Of a stretch of DNA of 64,000 bases, positions 58,500 to 64,000 are shown one piece after another. The notes beneath the pieces were generated by a model. That model was given only the letters and a program-made list of their open reading frames with translations. It was not told the origin of the DNA and made no database searches. The position numbers were made by a program, and so were the translations under genes. Source of the stretch: Candidatus Parcubacteria bacterium (lineage in GTDB: Bacteria; Patescibacteriota; Minisyncoccia; Minisyncoccales; JAGLUP01); contig JAGLUP010000002.1 of assembly GCA_023134715.1 (NCBI GenBank), forward strand, positions 143,906 through 207,905, read 5' to 3'. Every line of letters starts with the position of its first letter. Within the stretch, counting starts at the first letter, position 1.

Positions 58500-58620
58500 T
58501 TCAATCACCTCTTTTTATATTTTATTTTTAATATCTTCATATTACACTCTAATCCAAAAATGTCAACTTTTAATTCTTTTCCACAGGGTTTTTAAAAAAA
58601 ATGTGTTAAAATAGTTTAAT

Positions 58621-59535
58621 ATGATTAAGACAATTAAATACAAAAAAATAACATGGCTTGATATTCAAAGGCCTGATGAAAAAGATATTGAATATCTTCG
58701 TTCTAATTTTAATTTCCATCCTATTATTTTGGCTGAGCTTATCCCTCCGTCTTATTTCAGCAAGGTTAAAAAATTTGATAATTATATTTATTTTATTTTT
58801 TACTATCCATTTCATGACAACTTAAAAAGGCAAACTCGCGCCCGGGAGCTTGATGTTTTAGTAACTAAAAATGTCATTATTACCAGCCATTATCAACCAA
58901 TTATGCCTTTAAAAACCATTTGGGACGCCTGTAATTTATATGAAGAAGAAAAACAAAAATACTTAGGCCAGGGAACCGGTTTTCTTCTTTATTCTATTTT
59001 AGACAAAACCTTTAACGAATGCTTGTTAAAGCTTAATAGAATTGAAAAAAGAATTAATTTTGTTGAAAATAAAATTTTTGCCGAAAAAGAAAAAGAAATG
59101 GTAAGAGAAATCTCAATTGTTAAAAGAGATATTATTGATTTTTACAGGATAATAGAGCCGCAAAAATCAGTAATAAATTCTCTGGTTTTAGAAGGAGAAA
59201 AATTCTGGGGCAGAAAATTTTTGCCTTATTTCTCTAATTTAACAAGTTCTTTTGGTGTTTGCTGGAATAGAATAAGGAGTTTTCAAGATATTATAAAGGC
59301 TTTGGAAGAAACAAATAATTCCCTTCTTACCAATAAAATCAATGAAATCGTTAAAATTTTAACAATTTTTTCAGTTATTGTTTTTCCTTTAACTTTACTT
59401 GCGTCAATCTTTGGAATGAACACTAAATATCTTCCTCTTGTTGGCGCCAAGCATGATTTTTGGATAATTTTGGGAGTTATGGGTATTGGAACTTTATTTA
59501 TGTTAAAACTTTTTAAAAAGAAAAAATGGCTATGA
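58621..59535 (+). CDS. corA: CorA-family magnesium/cobalt transporter
   Basis: C-terminal two TM helices with FGMN motif (IFGMNTKYLP). Confidence 0.85.
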   Translation: MIKTIKYKKITWLDIQRPDEKDIEYLRSNFNFHPIILAELIPPSYFSKVKKFDNYIYFIFYYPFHDNLKRQTRARELDVLVTKNVIITSHYQPIMPLKTIWDACNLYEEEKQKYLGQGTGFLLYSILDKTFNECLLKLNRIEKRINFVENKIFAEKEKEMVREISIVKRDIIDFYRIIEPQKSVINSLVLEGEKFWGRKFLPYFSNLTSSFGVCWNRIRSFQDIIKALEETNNSLLTNKINEIVKILTIFSVIVFPLTLLASIFGMNTKYLPLVGAKHDFWIILGVMGIGTLFMLKLFKKKKWL

Positions 59536-61121
59536 TAAAAAGCCAAAAGTTATTTATAATTTTCGGTTTATTAGTAATTCTCGCGATAGCGGGTTTTTTT
59601 CGGCTTTCGCAAATAGAAAGTATGCCCGGAGGGTTATTTCCTGACGAAGCGGCAAATGGCCAGGACGCTATTCTAATTCTACAAGGCGAGCATGCTCCTT
59701 TTTTTGAAAAAGGGCTTGGAAGAGAAGCTTTATATTTTTATCTGCTCGCAGTAAGCACTGCTATTTTCGGAATAGGTGTCTGGCAAATTCACCTTGTTTC
59801 CGCTCTAATTGGAATTTTAACTGTTCTGGCAGTATGGCTTTTAGCTAAAAAATTATTCAACAATAAAATCGCTTTTTTAACAAGTTTTTTCTTAGCTGTC
59901 TCAACATGGCATGTCACTCTTTCCCGAACTGGCTTCCGGGCTATTTTAATTCCCCTACTCTCCTGTCTTTTCTTTTATTTTCTTTATTCTACTTACAAAG
60001 AACCAATTAAAAAGAAACGTATTTTATGGGCTGTTTTAAGCGGTATTTCGCTTGGCTTGGGATTTTATACTTATATTGCGTTTCGGGCAATAGTTGGAAT
60101 TATAGGCCTATTGGCGATTATTTTATTTTTAATAAAAAAACAAGTTTTCAAAAAATTCTGGAAAGAAATACTTATCGGACTAATCGCAATGTTTTTGGTC
60201 TTATCTCCTTTAATTATTTATTTTATTGACCATCCCGGCTCTTTCACGGGCCGCGCCGGCTGTGTCTCTATTTTTAGCCAAGATTTAAATAAAGGCGATG
60301 TTTTGGGAACTTTCTTAGAAGTGTGCAAAAAAACCTTTTGGATGTTTTTCACAGAAGGAGATTTAAACTGGCGTCATAATGTTTCCGGCTTTTCTATGCT
60401 AAATCCTTTAATCGGCTTATTTTTCGCGAGCTTTATTTTTGCATGTCCTATAATTTTTTTAAAAGAAAAAATTTGGGAAATAAAAAATCTTAAAAATAAA
60501 CTTTGGAAATATTTTAAATATATATTTTTAATTATCTGGTTCGGCGCTATGCTTGGGCCTGAAATTTTAAGCGCGGAAGGAATTCCTCATGGATTAAGAG
60601 CAATCGGAGCAATTCCGGCAGTATTTTTCTTTCCAGCCATAATGATTAATTTTTTCTGGCAAAAAATTAACTCTTTAATAGGGTCTAAAAATAATAAAAT
60701 ATTTTTAGCTGCAACCTTTGGAATTCTTTTATTATCAAGCTTGCTTTATAATTATACTTTATATTTCGGCGTAAGCGCTATTTCGCCTGATTTTCATTAC
60801 GCTTATCGTTCTGACTTAACAATTGTCAGCGATTATCTTAATCAACGCAACTTCAAAGAAAAAACTTATTTGGTCTTAGACGAATATTCAGTTCAAACGC
60901 CTGATTATCTTACTACAGAAAATAATCAACCATATATTTTAGTTAATCCGGAAAGAAGTTACCAGACCAAACTATCTCCAGGAGATCAAATTATTTTTAC
61001 TCAATCAACAATTTTTGACACTAAAAAATTTGAACAAGAACACCCTGAAGCTAAAATGATAAAACAAAAATTTAATCAATTTTCACAAGAAATAATGCGC
61101 GTTTACGAATATGAATATTAA
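59526..61121 (+). CDS. GT-C fold glycosyltransferase (ArnT/PMT_2, GT39/83-like)
   Basis: 531 aa, polytopic N-terminal two-thirds, first-loop DEA motif (LFPDEAANG), soluble C-terminal domain. Confidence 0.65.
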   Translation: MAMIKSQKLFIIFGLLVILAIAGFFRLSQIESMPGGLFPDEAANGQDAILILQGEHAPFFEKGLGREALYFYLLAVSTAIFGIGVWQIHLVSALIGILTVLAVWLLAKKLFNNKIAFLTSFFLAVSTWHVTLSRTGFRAILIPLLSCLFFYFLYSTYKEPIKKKRILWAVLSGISLGLGFYTYIAFRAIVGIIGLLAIILFLIKKQVFKKFWKEILIGLIAMFLVLSPLIIYFIDHPGSFTGRAGCVSIFSQDLNKGDVLGTFLEVCKKTFWMFFTEGDLNWRHNVSGFSMLNPLIGLFFASFIFACPIIFLKEKIWEIKNLKNKLWKYFKYIFLIIWFGAMLGPEILSAEGIPHGLRAIGAIPAVFFFPAIMINFFWQKINSLIGSKNNKIFLAATFGILLLSSLLYNYTLYFGVSAISPDFHYAYRSDLTIVSDYLNQRNFKEKTYLVLDEYSVQTPDYLTTENNQPYILVNPERSYQTKLSPGDQIIFTQSTIFDTKKFEQEHPEAKMIKQKFNQFSQEIMRVYEYEY

Positions 61122-62577
61122 AAAAATAATTTTATTGCCTTTTATTCTAATAATAGCCGCTGTGCTGCGGATTTATAATCTTGCCGCGATATCTTTATGG
61201 CACGACGAGGCGTTTTCAGGACTCTTAATGAGATATGATTTAGGAGAAATGCTATACCGTATTGGATTAGACGTCCATCCGCCGTTTTATTATCTTATTT
61301 TAAGAATCTGGGATTTTTGCTTTGGCAACTCTTTATTTTCTTTGCGAATGTTTAGCGTTTTTTTCAGCATCTTGATTATTTTAGCTGTTTATCTTTTCGT
61401 TAAACAAGCTTTTAAAAATAAAAAACTGGCTCTTTTTTCCTCAGTTATCACGGCTCTTAATTGTTTTCAAATTCAATACGCGCAAGAAGCGAGAATGTAC
61501 ACTTTGGGCGCTTTTTTAATTATTATTTCCAGCTATTTTCTTTTAAGGGCGTTGGATAAAGGCGGGAAAAAATCGCCTTGGCTTTGGTGGGGACTATATA
61601 TAGTAGCTGTAATCGCTGGCATTTATACTCATTATTATATTTTCTTCTCTATCGCGGCTCAAGCGCTTTTCGTTGTTTATTATCTTTTTAAACATTCAAG
61701 GCAGAATTTTAAACTTGCCGTTGGCTCTTATTTATTAATAGCTCTTTCCTATATCCCATGGTTAGGCATATTTTTTAAACAATTGAGTCAGGTTCAGGAA
61801 AGCTATTGGATTCCTGCTATGAACATCTGGTCTATCCCCTGCACTTTTTATAAATTAAGCACCGGGGCTGGAATTAACGCTTCTGAATGCGCTTCTATTT
61901 TAATTATAATGATGATTGCGATTATAGCCGCAATCATTTATGCTTTAAGAAAAAATAAAACGCCGGCTAAGTGGCTGACTCTTTCTCTGCTTATTATTCC
62001 TTTTGTAGTGGCAATCGGAATGTCTCTTAAGACCTCTATTTATCTTGACCGTTATTTTATTTTTGTTTCTGCTTTTTATATAATCCTGATTTGCTCGGCT
62101 ATTTTGGAAATTAAAAATAAATTTATCAGAAATACCTTAATCATAGTTGCTATTTTAGGAAGCTTAATTGGTTATGCCCATTACTGGAATGACCTTGATA
62201 TTAAAGACAAACCAGGAATGGCTGGAGCAGCGGCCTATTTGAATCAAGAAGTAAAACCAGATGATAAAATCTATATTGGCTCTTCTTTTGTTTGTTTTAC
62301 TTTTAGATATTATAATGAAACACGGGTTGAGCCGCTTCTTTTCGCTCCGAACGAACTTTCGCATTTCTCAGGCACGGCCCTGCTTTCTCCAAAAGATATT
62401 ATTAAAAATTTTGACCAGCCAAAAAAAGATGATGTTGTTTGGTTCATAAACACCACTGGCTTTGGCAATTATCAGCCGGAAACGCCTAGACACTGGATTA
62501 AACAACAAGAAAAAGGATTCCAAGACGCCCACCCATACCAGGGCTGGATTATCGTAACCCAGTACAAAGTCCAATAA
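61111..62577 (+). CDS. GT-C fold glycosyltransferase (ArnT/PMT_2-like), second copy
   Basis: 488 aa, SLWHDEAFS first-loop motif, polytopic; overlaps the previous gene by 11 nt. Confidence 0.65.
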   Translation: MNIKKIILLPFILIIAAVLRIYNLAAISLWHDEAFSGLLMRYDLGEMLYRIGLDVHPPFYYLILRIWDFCFGNSLFSLRMFSVFFSILIILAVYLFVKQAFKNKKLALFSSVITALNCFQIQYAQEARMYTLGAFLIIISSYFLLRALDKGGKKSPWLWWGLYIVAVIAGIYTHYYIFFSIAAQALFVVYYLFKHSRQNFKLAVGSYLLIALSYIPWLGIFFKQLSQVQESYWIPAMNIWSIPCTFYKLSTGAGINASECASILIIMMIAIIAAIIYALRKNKTPAKWLTLSLLIIPFVVAIGMSLKTSIYLDRYFIFVSAFYIILICSAILEIKNKFIRNTLIIVAILGSLIGYAHYWNDLDIKDKPGMAGAAAYLNQEVKPDDKIYIGSSFVCFTFRYYNETRVEPLLFAPNELSHFSGTALLSPKDIIKNFDQPKKDDVVWFINTTGFGNYQPETPRHWIKQQEKGFQDAHPYQGWIIVTQYKVQ

Positions 62578-62625
62578 ACCCAATAAATGCTTTTCTCTAT
62601 TTATTACTATTTCTCTTTTTAAATT

Positions 62626-62665
62626 GTATAACACATATACAACGATCGTTGTATATGTGTTATAC
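62626..62665. repeat. 40-bp perfect palindrome centred on CGATCG, copy 1
   Basis: gtataacacatatacaacga|tcgttgtatatgtgttatac with conserved flanks aaatt...tctaaattct. Confidence 0.9.
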
Positions 62666-62756
62666 TCTAAATTCTATAAACAAGCTCTATAAACAAGCCC
62701 TGTATAAAAAAATCTCTCTTAATTAAAAGAGAGTTTTTGTTTGTTTTTTCAGCCGT

Positions 62757-62918
62757 TCAGCCCTTAGGAAAGGCTTGTTTGTGTAATTTTTCCTTCATAT
62801 TCTTTACATCTTCCATTATTTTATTTATGGCCGCTATCATCTCATTCATTTTATTTTCAATCTGAATATCTTTTTGCGATAGACCCTCATCAATAGATAA
62901 TTCTTTAATTTTTTCCAT
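62757..62918 (-). CDS. 53-aa coiled-coil peptide (below ORF-track cutoff), paralogue of 63531..63743
   Basis: GAGGTGAAAAGA before ATG; MEKIKELSIDEGLSQKDIQIENKMNEMIAAINKIMEDVKNMKEKLHKQAFPKG; the same downstream terminator and palindrome as its paralogue. Confidence 0.4.
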   Translation of the reverse strand: MEKIKELSIDEGLSQKDIQIENKMNEMIAAINKIMEDVKNMKEKLHKQAFPKG

Positions 62919-62930
62919 TCTTTTCACCTC

Positions 62931-63302
62931 TTAATATTTTCTTTTCTTTTCTATCAATACTGGAAGGCCATACTTTCCAGTGCCTACATATTTAATATAC
63001 CATGTCTCGCCTTTTTTTATCTCTGGATGTAGTTCTTCAACTCTTACTCGCTCTCCATTTTTAAATACTATTTCTGTTTGCTCTTCTCTCTCCATAGAAC
63101 TCCACCCGCCAGGGATATAAGGCATAATTAAAACTGCTTCTACTTCTCCCTTTATTTCATTTTCAATTTGAAAATCTGCTATTATCGCTCTTATCCTCCT
63201 GCGTCTTTTCAATGAAAAATAGAGCAGAACAGCAACCGCCACAACTATTCCTGCTATAAAACCCTCATATCTTCCAAAATACTGCGCATATGTTGTATCC
63301 AT
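62931..63302 (-). CDS. single-pass membrane protein with small beta-rich domain
   Basis: AGGTGATGTGAAAATG start context like the 8633 and 10111 lipoprotein genes; promoter TTGACT-16-TATAAT at about 63366-63393 (minus). Confidence 0.5.
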   Translation of the reverse strand: MDTTYAQYFGRYEGFIAGIVVAVAVLLYFSLKRRRRIRAIIADFQIENEIKGEVEAVLIMPYIPGGWSSMEREEQTEIVFKNGERVRVEELHPEIKKGETWYIKYVGTGKYGLPVLIEKKRKY

Positions 63303-63428
63303 TTTCACATCACCTTTTTTATTTTTTATTTTTTAATTTGCTATTTCTTGCTTATAATATATATTATATTAAAATAGAACAAAAAGTCAACTAAAATAAT
63401 TTCCTTTATTGACTTCTCTACTTAAATT

Positions 63429-63468
63429 GTATAACACATATACCACGATCGTGGTATATGTGTTATAC
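63429..63468. repeat. 40-bp perfect palindrome centred on CGATCG, copy 2
   Basis: gtataacacatataccacga|tcgtggtatatgtgttatac; differs from copy 1 by a symmetric pair of substitutions that keeps the palindrome perfect. Confidence 0.9.
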
Positions 63469-63530
63469 TCTAAATTCTCTAAATTTTATAAACCTTGTAT
63501 AAAAAAATCTCTCTTTTATTAAGAGAGTTT

Positions 63531-63743
63531 TTAAACTGACTTGGCTCCAAGACGCAAAGATCCTTTTGTTCTTTCGTCTAAACTGCTTTGAAATTTTTTA
63601 ATTTCTTTATTTTCCGCAGATAAACGGTTTATGGCGTCTATTATTTCGTCAAGTTTTTCTCTATGTTCAATCGCCATAAGCGTTAAATTCACCACAGGAC
63701 CTTTTTCAGATATAACAGGACCTAATTTTTTAATTTTTGCCAT
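63531..63743 (-). CDS. 70-aa coiled-coil peptide
   Basis: GAGGTGATAAGA before ATG 63743; MAKIKKLGPV...LDEIIDAINRLSAENKEIKK. Confidence 0.45.
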   Translation of the reverse strand: MAKIKKLGPVISEKGPVVNLTLMAIEHREKLDEIIDAINRLSAENKEIKKFQSSLDERTKGSLRLGAKSV

Positions 63744-63808
63744 TCTTATCACCTCTTTTGTTTTAAATAGTACTACGCATAATCATTCTATAAAATTCTT
63801 ACAAAAAG

Positions 63809-64000
63809 TCAATCTTTGTATTTGTAATAAACTTTGCTGAATCTTAAATCAATATATTCTAAATTTTTTCTTTGCTCTTTGGGAATTTCCTGTTCTAAAA
63901 CCAAACTTAATTCTGTAATCTGCCAATCAATATTTTTTTCTAAATTAAAATAAATTTCCCATTTCTCTAAAGTTTTAAAGTTCAATCTCTTATCCGATAC
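63809..64000 (-). CDS. hypothetical protein, C-terminal part (gene starts beyond the window end)
   Basis: frame open from 64000 to TGA at 63809-63811: ...LEKWEIYFNLEKNIDWQITELSLVLEQEIPKEQRKNLEYIDLRFSKVYYKYKD. Confidence 0.35.
   Translation of the reverse strand, partial: VSDKRLNFKTLEKWEIYFNLEKNIDWQITELSLVLEQEIPKEQRKNLEYIDLRFSKVYYKYKD

Overview
AT-rich, gene-dense bacterial fragment using the standard genetic code (TGA is used as a stop in ATGA overlaps). It looks like a small-genome Candidate Phyla Radiation (Patescibacteria/Parcubacteria-like) organism: the 16S rRNA gene stands alone with no 23S, 5S or spacer tRNAs, AspRS is reduced, and metabolism is sparse. That taxonomic placement is inference only. 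Core genes: aroD, 16S rRNA, a REC-only response regulator, aspS, a PBP5-type carboxypeptidase, gltX, uppS plus an FAD reductase, rpmA, pyrG, rplI, ctpA, lepB, csaA, a PIF1 helicase, tRNA-Lys(UUU), grpE-DUF3467-dnaK-dnaJ, corA and two GT-C glycosyltransferases. The dcw cluster (mraY ... murD-ftsW-murG) is split by a 6.6-kb insertion carrying paralogous lipoprotein cassettes, an argC-like gene, a PP-loop protein and a class-I HMG-CoA reductase. There are two Xer-type recombinase genes, one degenerate and fused to a nuclease-like domain. Accessory content: (i) A ~15-kb mosaic island (36.2-51.3 kb) abuts tRNA-Lys and is bounded by direct repeats of a nuclease-gene 3' fragment. It holds a protease/unknown/membrane triad, a Zn-ribbon Mrr-like nuclease operon ending in NUDIX, a second near-identical NUDIX copy, a decayed R-M pair split by a PUA-like/PD-(D/E)xK gene, secreted nucleases, a Panacea-type TA pair and several gene fragments. 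(ii) A 3-kb array of TA cassettes (hicBA, relE-like) shares promoters and inverted-repeat boundaries. The window is unusually rich in repeat families: GC-rich hairpin elements (two inserted in frame in CDSs), CGATCG-centred palindromes, AT-rich palindromic intergenic elements upstream of rplI, dnaJ, dnaK and the small ORF divergent from rpmA, and 6-7-nt tandem repeats at stop codons. The 16S 3' tail lacks CCUCC, while GGTGATAA-type motifs precede many start codons. No CRISPR array, reverse transcriptase, transposase or phage structural gene was seen. The best candidates for an undescribed system are the two island operons (38.0-40.3 kb and 41.5-44.0 kb) and the TA cassette array. All functional calls rest on motif recognition by eye, not on searches.
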